In this document: piece after piece, positions 36,432 to 46,027 of the stretch | Position numbering within the stretch: the first letter of the stretch is position 1 | Layout: each line of letters opens with the position of its first letter | Assembly: GCA_964510095.1 (NCBI GenBank) | Contig: CAZEAE010000003.1 | Coordinates: forward strand, 12,462-76,461 | Direction: 5' to 3' | DNA from: an uncultured Elusimicrobia bacterium | GTDB lineage: Bacteria > Elusimicrobiota > Elusimicrobia > UBA1565 > UBA9628 | DNA length: 64,000 nt | Position numbers and translations under genes: made by a program | Notes under the pieces: model-generated | Databases searched by the model: none | Told to the model about the DNA's origin: nothing | Seen by the model: only the letters and a program-made list of their open reading frames with translations

Positions 36432-36803
36432 CTAGAGGGCGATGCGGATGTCGATGGCGTCATAGTCGACGCAGGGCGCGATGGCGCGGCGGGGGGACTT
36501 TTTGGCCTTGGGCAGCTTGACCAGGCCGTGCTTGTGGAGGATCTCGATGTCGCGCAGCACGCTGGGAAAGCCTCGGCCGAGAAGCTTGGCCAGGGCGTAG
36601 ACGCTCTGGGGCTTCTTCTCCTTGACGCAGCGCAGGATCTCGAGGCGCTTGGGCGTCAGGAAGTTGCGCATCACTTCGATGCTCGTGAAGGAGACGCCGT
36701 CGTGCCGCTTGAAGGGCAGGCGCTTTCGGGCGGCTTCGTAAGCCTCCTCGAATTCATCCATGGACTCTTCAAGACTCTTGATGCTGAATGAAACCACTTT
36801 CAT
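36432..36803 (-). CDS. winged-helix DNA-binding protein (antitoxin-like regulator)
   Basis: start at MKVVSF (ATGA overlap with upstream small gene); LTPKRLEILRCVKEKKPQSVYALAKLLGRGFPSVLRDIEILHKHGLV wHTH. Confidence 0.5.
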   Translation of the reverse strand: MKVVSFSIKSLEESMDEFEEAYEAARKRLPFKRHDGVSFTSIEVMRNFLTPKRLEILRCVKEKKPQSVYALAKLLGRGFPSVLRDIEILHKHGLVKLPKAKKSPRRAIAPCVDYDAIDIRIAL

Positions 36804-37102
36804 GTCAGGCCCTCTCGGTGAGCGCGCCACTGGGCGATATCCCTCAGGAAATCCAGCTTCAAGCTCGGGACACCGGGGAAAAGACCGGGGGACTCGAGGC
36901 CGTCGATGTGTTTGTGCGGTCCCTTCGGGTGGTGGTTGTCGTAGAGGATGGCCGGCTGGATCCATCCTGCTGGGATGAAGGCGAGCCGGTATTTGATCCC
37001 GTCTGGATATTTTTCGTTTGAAGGAACCCTCCAGATCACGATTTCGACGAGTCCTCCCTCCGGGAGGGACTTCTTCTCCCGAAAGACTAAGACGGCCTTC
37101 AC
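36800..37102 (-). CDS. small conserved-looking protein, 100 aa (toxin-like partner of the wHTH protein)
   Basis: VEIVIWRVPSNEKYPDGIKYRLAFIPAGW...HHPKGPHKHI; 4-nt overlap with downstream wHTH gene. Confidence 0.4.
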   Translation of the reverse strand: MKAVLVFREKKSLPEGGLVEIVIWRVPSNEKYPDGIKYRLAFIPAGWIQPAILYDNHHPKGPHKHIDGLESPGLFPGVPSLKLDFLRDIAQWRAHREGLT

Positions 37103-37233
37103 GGGAGACCCCTATATGGTACATTTAATAGCATATATTAGCAAGGGGCAAAGCCCCTCTACTTATATACGACCGAGGGTGGGATTTAGTTCCCTTTAGC
37201 GGAGCTTCACGTCGGGGGGGCTGGCAGACTGTC

Positions 37234-40200
37234 CTAAGCTTTCGGCAGCTCGTTCTTGATCAGGTCGAGGATGGCTTGCGGCGTGGCCACCTCGCCGTGG
37301 AGGGGGAACCCTTCCAGGCCGTGGGAGAGCGCCCTTTCCGCCGCCGCCAGGGAGGCTTGGTTCTTGAAGTACACGGTGATCTTCCAGGCGCCGCCCGTCT
37401 CTCGGGCCACGGCCTCGAGGGCTCCGGGCATCTTGCTCAGCATCTTCTTGCGGTTGCGCTCGATGGCGGTCGTCGCGTCGAGGAACCCGTTGAAGCGGCG
37501 GTCCAAGCGCTTCATCTCTTGGTAGCCGCGCACCGCTTGGTAGGCGTTGTAAGCTAAGAGGCCCAGGCCCAGCATCACCAGAACGGCGACGACGGCCCCG
37601 CTTAACGGCGCGGCCGCCAGGGACAGCCCGGCCAGGGCCATGCCGGCCATGCCGGTGGGCGCCTTGGTCTGGCCTTGCGCCGCCCAGAAGGCAACCTCGG
37701 TCTGGAACTCCGCCCCGAGCTCGGCAAGAGGCTTTTCTTCCAGGCCGTTCTCGCCCAGCAGTGCGCCCATGATGGCTTCCCCTTGGGGCGAGAGCCAGAA
37801 AACGGCGTCTTCGCCGAGCATGACGTAGCCTTCGGCGGCTTCCTTGGTGCCGTAGGAGATCAGCTTGTGGCCCGGCTTGTTGAGGACCTTGAGCGAGGAC
37901 CCGTCGGGCAGAGCGAAGACTTCAGTGAACTTGGCCGCCAGCTCGGGCTTCATCTCAAGGCTCAGGCCTTCCTCCGCCATGGCCTTCAGCGCGCGATCCC
38001 AGGAGTCCTGGGGTACCCGCGCGTCCTTGGGCAGAGCGACCTTGGCCGCCTTGGGCGCGGCGTCGATCAGCGAAGACATCGTCTCGTCCAAGGCCTTGGC
38101 GTAGCCGGAGAAGCCGTGGCGCAGGTCCTGGGCGGTGATCTCGTAGCGCACGTCCGGAGTGATCCCTAGATTCTCGATGGGCCAGCCGCCGGGGCGCTCG
38201 GCGAAGGTCCAGGTGTAGCTGAGCCCTGAGACGCCCTGTTGGTTGGGGAACTCCACTGATTTCACTGCGCCGCCGGCGCCGGAGGTGCGCATGCCGAAGA
38301 TGGTGGCGCGCTTGTTGTCCTGCAGGATGGCGGGGAAGAAGTCCGCGCAGGAAAAATCGAGCTCGTTGACGAGCACGACCAAGGGCTTGGTGTAGCGCAC
38401 CGCCGTGCTGGGGGAGATCTTGTCCAGGCCGAAGAGGGCGGTGGCGTTGGTCAGGCGGCGGCCGGCCTTGAGCTCGTCGAGGATGAACTGGGCGTAGCGG
38501 CCGACGCCGGCCATGGTCTCGGCCTCGTCTCCTTCGAGTCCGGCCATCTCCTCGCGGAGCGCGCTTTCCTCGGCCTCGTGGGTCTTGGCGGGGTCGAGCT
38601 GAGAGAGGACGTCGGCGGCCCAGACGGCGTCGTTCTCGTCGATGATCATGCGGTGCTTGGGCACGTCCAAGGGCTTGTCGGTGAGCATCGACAGGAGGGC
38701 GTACATGTAGAAGAGGCTGCCCCCGGGGTTGTTGACTTGGTCGAAGACGAGGCCGTCGGTTTTCTTTTGAAACATCGCGATGACCTTGGCGAACATCGCG
38801 GCGCCCTGCTCGTCTCCCATGTAGTCGGAGACGCGGATATAGCCGATCCTCTGGCCCTTGGCGTTCTTGTAGATGGCGGCCTTGAAGGGGAGCTGGGCGG
38901 CCAGCTCGGGCGGCGTCTCCCAGAGCACTTCGCCTAAAGCGGGCACGAAGCTGTTCTTGCCGCCGATGGAAAACCCGTTGTCGGCCTTGTCGGTGGCGCC
39001 CTTCTGGGGGCTGAGCATGTTGGGGAAAATGCGCCGGAGGGCCTTGCGGAAGGCTTCCTTGGCGACGGAATCGCCGGTGGGGAACTGCCAGAAATCGACG
39101 TTCTGCGCGCCGAGGCCGCCGTCGCGCACGGGGGTGTCTTGGGGTATGAGTTCTTCTTTATAGTCCCAGGTGAGCTTGGCGTCGTGGACGGCGCCGTCCT
39201 CGGTCTTGATCTTGAGCGCGATGTCTCCGGAGGGCACCGCGCCGCCGCTCTTGCGGGAACGCCCGGTCAGGCGCATCTCGGCCAAGCGGGCGTCGGTTTC
39301 CGCGACGTTGGGGATAGGCGAGAGGGCGGCGACGGCCTGGGCGGGGGTCTGGCCGCCGTACTCGACGATCTCATCGCCGGCCTGATAAGGGAAAGCGGCT
39401 TCGGGGAGTTTTTTGCGGTCGATGGCGGCGATGTAATAGCGGCCGTCGGCGGAGCGGATGGTCAGCGGCAGGGTGGCCTTCTCGGTCGTGGCGAACTGGA
39501 CGCCGGCGTGGTAGTCGCGCGTGGCGCCGACGAAGTCTGCGAGTATGCTCTGGAACTCGGCCTGCTTGATGTCGGGCTTGGCCAGGACCTTGGCGCGGGC
39601 CTTGTCGTATTCGGCCTTGAGGTTGACGCCCAGCTGCTTCTGCTTCCATTCGATGGGGGCGTAGTGCTGGAGGTAGATCGAAGCGACTTGGTCGAGGGTG
39701 CGCAGCATGAGGGTCTGCGCGGGGGTGGAGGGCTTGAGGTTGCTGTTGCTCGAAGCAGAGGTGTTTCCGGGGGTGCTGGGGGAAGAAGGGGGGAGCTCGG
39801 AAGCCTTGTCGCCCATGAGGAGCTTCTGGAGGTTGCCGCCGAGGCCGCTGGCGCTTTCGGAGCCGGCGTTCTTGATAGGACCGATGGCGTCGATGGCCTT
39901 CATGACCTCGCCGGTGATGCCTTGGGCCATGCCGCTGATGACGGAGAAGGGGTTGGCGGGCAAGGACGGGGTCAGGAGCACGGGAGCGGCGACGGCGCCC
40001 GAGGGTAGGACGATCGGGGCGAGGGAAGGCGTGAGGTTGAGCGAGGGCGTGAGCGCGGAGGGGGAGAGCGAGGGGGTGACGGAGAGGCCGCCGAGGGTGG
40101 CGGCCGGCTGAAGGAGGGGCGCGGGGCCGGAGAAGACGATGCGAGTCGGCGCGGTGCGCACGACGATGGGGGAGATCACGCTTCCGGCGGCCAGCGCGGG

Positions 40201-40272
40201 CGCTTGCAGCGCGACGAGCAGGGACAGGGAGGCGGCGATGGATTTTGCGGGGGTCGAGGGTTTCGGGTTCAT
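37234..40272 (-). CDS. large secreted S41-family (tail-specific/C-terminal processing) peptidase-like protein, 1012 aa
   Basis: signal peptide; S/T/P-rich linker; FDQVNNPGGSLFYMYALLSM and LVVLVNELDFSCADFF S41 blocks; hydrophobic segment near C-terminus followed by about 130-aa tail. Confidence 0.65.
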   Translation of the reverse strand: MNPKPSTPAKSIAASLSLLVALQAPALAAGSVISPIVVRTAPTRIVFSGPAPLLQPAATLGGLSVTPSLSPSALTPSLNLTPSLAPIVLPSGAVAAPVLLTPSLPANPFSVISGMAQGITGEVMKAIDAIGPIKNAGSESASGLGGNLQKLLMGDKASELPPSSPSTPGNTSASSNSNLKPSTPAQTLMLRTLDQVASIYLQHYAPIEWKQKQLGVNLKAEYDKARAKVLAKPDIKQAEFQSILADFVGATRDYHAGVQFATTEKATLPLTIRSADGRYYIAAIDRKKLPEAAFPYQAGDEIVEYGGQTPAQAVAALSPIPNVAETDARLAEMRLTGRSRKSGGAVPSGDIALKIKTEDGAVHDAKLTWDYKEELIPQDTPVRDGGLGAQNVDFWQFPTGDSVAKEAFRKALRRIFPNMLSPQKGATDKADNGFSIGGKNSFVPALGEVLWETPPELAAQLPFKAAIYKNAKGQRIGYIRVSDYMGDEQGAAMFAKVIAMFQKKTDGLVFDQVNNPGGSLFYMYALLSMLTDKPLDVPKHRMIIDENDAVWAADVLSQLDPAKTHEAEESALREEMAGLEGDEAETMAGVGRYAQFILDELKAGRRLTNATALFGLDKISPSTAVRYTKPLVVLVNELDFSCADFFPAILQDNKRATIFGMRTSGAGGAVKSVEFPNQQGVSGLSYTWTFAERPGGWPIENLGITPDVRYEITAQDLRHGFSGYAKALDETMSSLIDAAPKAAKVALPKDARVPQDSWDRALKAMAEEGLSLEMKPELAAKFTEVFALPDGSSLKVLNKPGHKLISYGTKEAAEGYVMLGEDAVFWLSPQGEAIMGALLGENGLEEKPLAELGAEFQTEVAFWAAQGQTKAPTGMAGMALAGLSLAAAPLSGAVVAVLVMLGLGLLAYNAYQAVRGYQEMKRLDRRFNGFLDATTAIERNRKKMLSKMPGALEAVARETGGAWKITVYFKNQASLAAAERALSHGLEGFPLHGEVATPQAILDLIKNELPKA

Positions 40273-40444
40273 GGAGCATTCTATAAGGAAACGGCGGGAA
40301 TATTATGGGTCTTATGGACCGTCGGGACCTGGAAATGGGCCTAGGGCCCAAGGGGCTGGAAGTCCTATGGGCCTTTAGTCCCCATTCTGGACGTCTTGTT
40401 GCGTGGGGCGAGACGAGCCCGAGCCGCGTCCCTTGGAGGGGAAA

Positions 40445-40714
40445 ATGGACTGGAAGATCATGATGACCGCGTTCGGGACCTTGTTCCTCGCCGAGATGGG
40501 GGACAAGACCCAGCTTGCCGTCATCACGCTCTGCGCCTCGTCCAAGAGCCCGGCTTCCGTGTTCGCCGGCGCCGCGATGGCCCTGGTCCTGGTGACGGCG
40601 CTGGGGGTCTTGTTCGGCAGAGGGGTCGTCGCCCTGATCCCGGAGGCGGTCTTGAACCGGATCGCAGCCACGGCCTTCATCGCCATCGGCGCGATGATGT
40701 GGATCCGCCCCTAG
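40445..40714 (+). CDS. UPF0016/GDT1-family single-repeat membrane protein
   Basis: EMGDKTQ signature (E-x-G-D-K-T), 3 TM, 89 aa from MDWKIMM. Confidence 0.6.
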   Translation: MDWKIMMTAFGTLFLAEMGDKTQLAVITLCASSKSPASVFAGAAMALVLVTALGVLFGRGVVALIPEAVLNRIAATAFIAIGAMMWIRP

Positions 40715-41565
40715 AAGAAGCCTTCCAGGAAATTCTCGACGAGGATCGGCAGGTCTTCCGCGTACCCGCCCTCCAGGACGGCGAAGCGCCTGAGCTTGGT
40801 CTGCGCGATCAGGCTCCCGATGCGCGTATAGCTCTGCTTGGTCAGCTTCAGCTGCGCGATCGGGTCTTCTTTATACGTGTCGAACCCCGCCGACACCGCC
40901 AGGACGTCCGGCTTGAAGTCCAGCATCAGCCTTAGCACCTCTTCAAGCTTTTTGAGATAAGGCCCTTCGTCGGTGCCCGGGGCCAGCGGATAGTTCCGGC
41001 AGTTGCCCACCGAGTCCAGGCCCGTGCCCGGATAGAGAGGGACTTGGTGCAGCGAGGCGAAGAAGTAGCCTTCCCGTCCCAGGGTCAGCTCCTGCGTCCC
41101 GTCGCCGTGGTGCACGTCGATGTCCAGGATGGCGATCCGGGCCGCCTGCTTCTCGACCTTCAGCTTTTCGCAAGCCAGCGCCGCGTTGTTGAAGTAGCAG
41201 AAGCCCGAGACGCGGTCCTTGCCCGCGTGGTGTCCCGGAGGGCGCATCAAGGAGAGCGCGGGCTCGCCGGCTGCGGCCGTCTTCGCCGCCGAGAGCGCGC
41301 CCGCCAGGCTGATCAGGGCGACCGGCACGATCCCCGGGTGCAAAGGCGTGTCCGGGTCCGAGTACGAGCCTTTCTGGAGCTTATGGAAGTGCTTCACCCC
41401 GTGAAGCAAGGCCACGTCGGAGCCCGTCGCTTCTTCCAGGGGCTTCTCGACCTTGTGGCCCGCCGAGATCAGCCGCGCATGGCTCCTGATGACGCGAAAC
41501 GGCGCCTCGGGATGTCCCGGGGCGCCGTAGGTCGCCGTGGCCAGGTCGCTGAAGACGCGGCCCAA
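40711..41565 (-). CDS. histone deacetylase-family amidohydrolase (acetoin utilisation AcuC / acetylpolyamine amidohydrolase type)
   Basis: DIDVHHGDGTQE zinc-binding signature, GFCYFNN, 284 aa. Confidence 0.85.
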   Translation of the reverse strand: MGRVFSDLATATYGAPGHPEAPFRVIRSHARLISAGHKVEKPLEEATGSDVALLHGVKHFHKLQKGSYSDPDTPLHPGIVPVALISLAGALSAAKTAAAGEPALSLMRPPGHHAGKDRVSGFCYFNNAALACEKLKVEKQAARIAILDIDVHHGDGTQELTLGREGYFFASLHQVPLYPGTGLDSVGNCRNYPLAPGTDEGPYLKKLEEVLRLMLDFKPDVLAVSAGFDTYKEDPIAQLKLTKQSYTRIGSLIAQTKLRRFAVLEGGYAEDLPILVENFLEGFF

Positions 41566-41567
41566 CT

Positions 41568-42632
41568 TTAGCGGGTCGCGACTGGTATCTTCGACTCTTC
41601 GTCGTTGAGCAGCGCGTTGAACTTGCGCGCCGTGCGCTTCTTCCAGCTGCCTTTATGGTAGCCGTAGGAGGCCAGGAGCGGCAGGGCCAGCGTCGCCTCC
41701 GAGAAGACCATCTGCTCGTAGACCGTGTCCACCTTGCCCCAGGAGCAGGCTTCGCGCAAGGTCGAGCCCGATAGCGCGCCGTCGCGCTCGTCGGCCACCG
41801 TGATCTGGATCGCGTACTTGTGCATCCGGGTATCGAGGCCGATCATCTCGGCTCCCACGGTGACGTCTTGCGCGAAGTTCTTGGGGACGCCGCCGCCGAT
41901 CATCAGCAGCCCGGTCTCCTTGCAATCGAGCTTCACGCGCACCAGCTCGCGGAAGTCCTTGGCCGAGTCCAGCGAGACGTGCGAGTCCGGGTTATGCCAC
42001 TGGTGGTGCAGCAGGCCGAAGCCGGCCGAGCAGTCGGAGAACGCCGGCACGAAGATCGGAACGCCCTTCTTGTAGGCCGCCAGGACCACCGAGTCCTTCA
42101 CCTTGCAGTTCTTGCCGGTCGCCAGGTACTTGCCCATCTCCTCGATGAACTCCCGGGAGGAGTAAGCGCGCGGCTTGAGCGTGCCTGCGATCTCGGAGGT
42201 GATGTTGTCCGTCTCCCCGAGGGAGTCCTCGTCGATGAAGGTGTCATAGATCCGGTCCACGCGCGCCGCGCGCAGCTCGTGGTCGTCGACCCACTTCGTT
42301 CCTTTATAATGCTTGTGCCCGACGGCCTCGAAGAAATCCTGGTCGACGATGTTGGCGCCGGTGGAGACGATCGCGTCGACCATGTTGTTCTGGACCATGT
42401 CGAAGACGATCTTCTTGAGGCCGGCCGAGAACAAGGAGCCCGCCAGGCACAGGATCACGCTGCAGTCGCGGTCGCCCAGCATGCGGTCGTAGATCTCGCT
42501 GGCGCGCGCCAGGTCCCGGGCCGAGAAGGCCATCTTGGACATGGCTTCGATCATGGAGACGGAATTGTGCTTCATGATGTCGAAATGCTCGATCGGGTCT
42601 TTCAAAAGCTCTGACTTCTTCATACTCGACAT
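41568..42632 (-). CDS. deoxyhypusine synthase-like protein (bacterial homospermidine synthase type)
   Basis: start at MSSMKK preceded by GGAGAAACA; DHS-family blocks (STGANIVDQDF, GGGVPKNF); 354 aa. Confidence 0.75.
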   Translation of the reverse strand: MSSMKKSELLKDPIEHFDIMKHNSVSMIEAMSKMAFSARDLARASEIYDRMLGDRDCSVILCLAGSLFSAGLKKIVFDMVQNNMVDAIVSTGANIVDQDFFEAVGHKHYKGTKWVDDHELRAARVDRIYDTFIDEDSLGETDNITSEIAGTLKPRAYSSREFIEEMGKYLATGKNCKVKDSVVLAAYKKGVPIFVPAFSDCSAGFGLLHHQWHNPDSHVSLDSAKDFRELVRVKLDCKETGLLMIGGGVPKNFAQDVTVGAEMIGLDTRMHKYAIQITVADERDGALSGSTLREACSWGKVDTVYEQMVFSEATLALPLLASYGYHKGSWKKRTARKFNALLNDEESKIPVATR

Positions 42633-42713
42633 TGTTTCTCCTGGACGCAGCGGCGCAAGCACCGACGGCATCTGCGAATATTTTATAACATTAACGGACG
42701 AATTGACAATTTT

Positions 42714-43895
42714 ATGAGAGAGCGACACCGTCTTAGAAAGCGCGCATGGATGGTTTTTTTATCGATGCTGCTCTGCTTCGCGCTGGCCGCGCCCGTCTTC
42801 GCGCGCCGCAAGCCGCGCAACCCCAACTTCGGCAAGAAGCGCCGCTACTCCGCCGCGGCCGCTCCGGCCGTCTCCTCCGGCACCGCCGTCTCATCAAGCA
42901 CGGCGCCGGCTGCGCCCGCCCTCCCCATCGAGCGCATGCCCGCGGGCCGCTGGGACCCCGCCGTCAAAGCGGCCCTCGAGGAGTTCATCGCTTCCAAAGG
43001 GAAGGCCGCGGCCGGCTACGACGCCCTGCAGCCGCCCGTGGCCGTGCTCGGTCTTGACGACGAGGCCCTCCAGAACGACGCCGGCGTCGCCGTCTTCCAG
43101 AAGCTCGTCGAGAAAGCCGATTTCAAATTCGACGACGCCTTCTGGCGGGTCTTCCCCCTCGAGTACGGCCGCCAGCGCCTCCGCGTCGCCTACGAGCAGT
43201 TCTCGGAGACCCCGGTGGCGACCTGGGAGAGCCAGCCGGGCTATCTGCGCTACCGCAAGGGCTTCTTCGTCGCCTATAGGGACATGTGCGCCAAGCTCGG
43301 ACGCGTCGAATGCCGCAGCTGGCTGGCGCGGCTCTGGCGGGGGTTTACGCCCGAGGACGGCGCCGCCTACGCCGCCGCCGCCGTCGCCGAGGAGCTCAAG
43401 CGGCCGCTCGGAGTCCAGCTCTTCCGCGAGTCCGCTGATGACGCCGAGCCCGTGCGCATCAGGCGCGGCCTGGCGCCCATACCGGAGATCGTGGGCCTTT
43501 GCGCGCTCCTTTTGCGTTCGGGCTTCGACGTCTGGATCCTGGCCGCCGATCTTCAGGCCGTGGCGGAGGCCGGGGCCAAACCCTTCGGCGTCGACCCGAC
43601 GCGCGTCGCCGGCCTGCACCTGAGCCTGGCCAAAGAGCGCTTCAGCGACGTCGTCGTCAGCCCCGTGGCCGTGCGCGGCGGCAAGGTCGAGCTCACGGCC
43701 TCTTTGATCGGGCGCAACCCGGTGTTTGCGGCCGGCTCCAGCCGAGAAGATATCGAGCTGCTTTCATATGGCACCGGCCTGCGCCTCCTGTTCCACCGCG
43801 GCGACCCGGACCTCGACCGGCTTGCCGTCGACCGGGGCTGGCTGCGGCAGAGCGCTTTCGCCAAACCCGCGCCGGAGGGCAAGCTTGGCCCCTGA
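42714..43895 (+). CDS. hypothetical secreted protein
   Basis: basic n-region plus hydrophobic h-region signal peptide; no clear catalytic motif. Confidence 0.35.
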   Translation: MRERHRLRKRAWMVFLSMLLCFALAAPVFARRKPRNPNFGKKRRYSAAAAPAVSSGTAVSSSTAPAAPALPIERMPAGRWDPAVKAALEEFIASKGKAAAGYDALQPPVAVLGLDDEALQNDAGVAVFQKLVEKADFKFDDAFWRVFPLEYGRQRLRVAYEQFSETPVATWESQPGYLRYRKGFFVAYRDMCAKLGRVECRSWLARLWRGFTPEDGAAYAAAAVAEELKRPLGVQLFRESADDAEPVRIRRGLAPIPEIVGLCALLLRSGFDVWILAADLQAVAEAGAKPFGVDPTRVAGLHLSLAKERFSDVVVSPVAVRGGKVELTASLIGRNPVFAAGSSREDIELLSYGTGLRLLFHRGDPDLDRLAVDRGWLRQSAFAKPAPEGKLGP

Positions 43896-44892
43896 GTCCT
43901 GCGCCGCTTGCCGGGCCCCCGTGGAAGGCCCGGCTATCGAGACCTGCCGCGAGCCCGTCTTCGGCGCGGACTTTCTCCTATTCCGCTGCCAGCGCTGTTC
44001 GGTCGTCTTCGCCAAGGGCCCCGAGGGGTTCCCCCTGGTGGAGTGGTATCAGAAGTCCAGCTATCTTTATGGAGAGGTCGAGTATTCCGTGCGACAGCCG
44101 GCCGAGCGCGACCAGCGCTTCCGCTGGCTCTTGAGCCAGGGGTTTTCCGGGGACCTCCTGGACGTCGGCTGCGGCGACGGGCGCTTTCTGGACCTGGCCG
44201 GAGCCTCCGGCTGGAAGGGGACCCTGAGCGGGCTCGATTTTTCTCCCGAGATGGTGCGCCGCTCCGCCGGCGGCCACCCGATCGAGCTGGCCTCGCTCGA
44301 GGACTACGCCCGCTCGCATGCCGGGGCTTTCGACGTCGTCGTCCTCTTCGACGTCATCGAGCATTTTCCCGTGCCGGCCGACGCCATCCTCCACCTCAAG
44401 CGCCTGGTCAAGCCCGGCGGCATCCTGGCCCTGACGACGCCCAACGCCGCGCGCATCCGGCTCTTCGGCCGGCGCGAGGATTTCGACTTCCCGCCGAACC
44501 ACTTCACGCGATGGACGCCCGGCGCTCTCGTCGCCCTGGCCGAGAGCGGGGGCTTCGAACCGCTTGAGACCTTGACGACGCCGCTGAGGCCCCGGACCTT
44601 CTCCGAGCAATGGTTCTACCGCCTCTTCTCGGCGGCCATGCCTTGGGCCAAACGCCTGCTTTTCGGCCGCGCGGCCGACGGCCGCACGGTCAGCGCCATG
44701 TACGAAGAGGGCGTCAAGGGGCCCGCCGTCCTGGCCGACCGGGGCGCGCGCCGCAGCGTCGAGGTCGTTTTGAAGGCCCTCTTCAACGCGCTCTGCTGGC
44801 CGGTCTTGATCGCGGTCTGCCTGGCTTATGACGCCGTCAGCCCGCGCCGCGGCGACATGTTGTTCTTGTCGGCCCGCCGCCGGCCGAACTAG
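43885..44892 (+). CDS. class I SAM-dependent methyltransferase with N-terminal zinc ribbon and C-terminal hydrophobic tail (paralogue of 835..1821)
   Basis: probable TTG start at 43885 six nt after GGAGGG; SCAAC...CQRC zinc ribbon; LLDVGCGDGRF SAM motif; same architecture as the first MTase. Confidence 0.55.
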   Translation: MAPESCAACRAPVEGPAIETCREPVFGADFLLFRCQRCSVVFAKGPEGFPLVEWYQKSSYLYGEVEYSVRQPAERDQRFRWLLSQGFSGDLLDVGCGDGRFLDLAGASGWKGTLSGLDFSPEMVRRSAGGHPIELASLEDYARSHAGAFDVVVLFDVIEHFPVPADAILHLKRLVKPGGILALTTPNAARIRLFGRREDFDFPPNHFTRWTPGALVALAESGGFEPLETLTTPLRPRTFSEQWFYRLFSAAMPWAKRLLFGRAADGRTVSAMYEEGVKGPAVLADRGARRSVEVVLKALFNALCWPVLIAVCLAYDAVSPRRGDMLFLSARRRPN

Positions 44893-44919
44893 CGCGGCGA
44901 GCTTTTTCTTTGGTATAAC

Positions 44920-45249
44920 ATGAGCCGCGCCGAGAAGGAGCCACAAATGCCCGAGAAAGACAAGACCGAAGAAGTGGGAGACTTGTTCGTCACCGAGACG
45001 GCCGTCACCATCAAGCTCTTGCCCTCCAACAAGGAGGCGTCAAGGAACATCCGGTGGTTCACCAAGGGGACCGTCACCAACGTCAAGTCCGCGGCCAAGG
45101 ACATCGCCTTCCTCATCGGCAAGGTCCAGGGGCGCTCGAAGGTCGTGCGCGGTCTGACCGTCATGACCGACCAGGGCGCCGGCGTCGACCTGGAGAAGAC
45201 CGGCCTGCCGCAGGCCATCGCCAAGGCCGGCTTCGAAGTCCTGCGCTGA
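44920..45249 (+). CDS. hypothetical small protein
   Basis: 109-aa ORF, Lys/Thr-rich, no motifs. Confidence 0.3.
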   Translation: MSRAEKEPQMPEKDKTEEVGDLFVTETAVTIKLLPSNKEASRNIRWFTKGTVTNVKSAAKDIAFLIGKVQGRSKVVRGLTVMTDQGAGVDLEKTGLPQAIAKAGFEVLR

Positions 45250-45250
45250 T

Positions 45251-46018
45251 ATGCGCCTGAAGGGCAAGGCCTGCCTGATCACCGGGGCGGGCAGCGGCAT
45301 GGGCCGCGCCGCCGCGCTGCGCTTCGCCGCCGAAGGGGCCAGCGTGGCCGCCTGGGACCTCAAGAAGGAGACCGTGGAAGAGACGGTCTCTTCCATCGTC
45401 AAGAAGGGCGGCAAGGCGGTCGCCATCGCCGGCGACGTCTCCAAGGAAGCCGACTGCAAGCGCGCCGTCTGCGAGGCCGTCGATGCGCTGGGCGGACTTC
45501 ATGTCCTCTACAACAACGCCGGGATCTTCCCCAGCGACGACGGCTCGGTCATCGATACCGAGGAAAAGGTCTGGGACCGGGTCTTGGCCGTCAACGTCAA
45601 GGGCGTGGCCTTCGTCTGCAAGTACGGCATCCCCGAGCTGATCAAGGCCGGCGGGGGCTCGGTCATCAACGTGGCCTCCTTCGTGGCGCTCGTCGGCTGC
45701 TCGGTGCCGCAGGACGCCTACACGGCTTCCAAGGGCGCGGTGCTTTCCTTGACCAAGAGCCTGGCCGTCCAATACGGCCCCAAGGGCGTGCGTTCCAACG
45801 CCATCTGCCCCGGGCCCATCGAGACCCCGCTGTTGATGGATTGGCTTTTGAAGGAACCGGCGGAGAAAGCCAAGCGGCTCAACCGCATCCCGATGGGCCG
45901 CTTCGGCAAGCCTGAAGACATCGTCAACCTCGCTTTGTATCTCGCTTCCGATGAGTCCTCCTGGACCAACGGAGCCGCCCTCGTCGCCGACGGCGGCATC
46001 ACCTCGAATTACTTCTAA
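45251..46018 (+). CDS. SDR-family oxidoreductase
   Basis: TGAGSGMGRA cofactor motif, YTASKGAV catalytic YxxxK, 255 aa. Confidence 0.85.
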   Translation: MRLKGKACLITGAGSGMGRAAALRFAAEGASVAAWDLKKETVEETVSSIVKKGGKAVAIAGDVSKEADCKRAVCEAVDALGGLHVLYNNAGIFPSDDGSVIDTEEKVWDRVLAVNVKGVAFVCKYGIPELIKAGGGSVINVASFVALVGCSVPQDAYTASKGAVLSLTKSLAVQYGPKGVRSNAICPGPIETPLLMDWLLKEPAEKAKRLNRIPMGRFGKPEDIVNLALYLASDESSWTNGAALVADGGITSNYF

Positions 46019-46027
46019 GGAGCTCCT

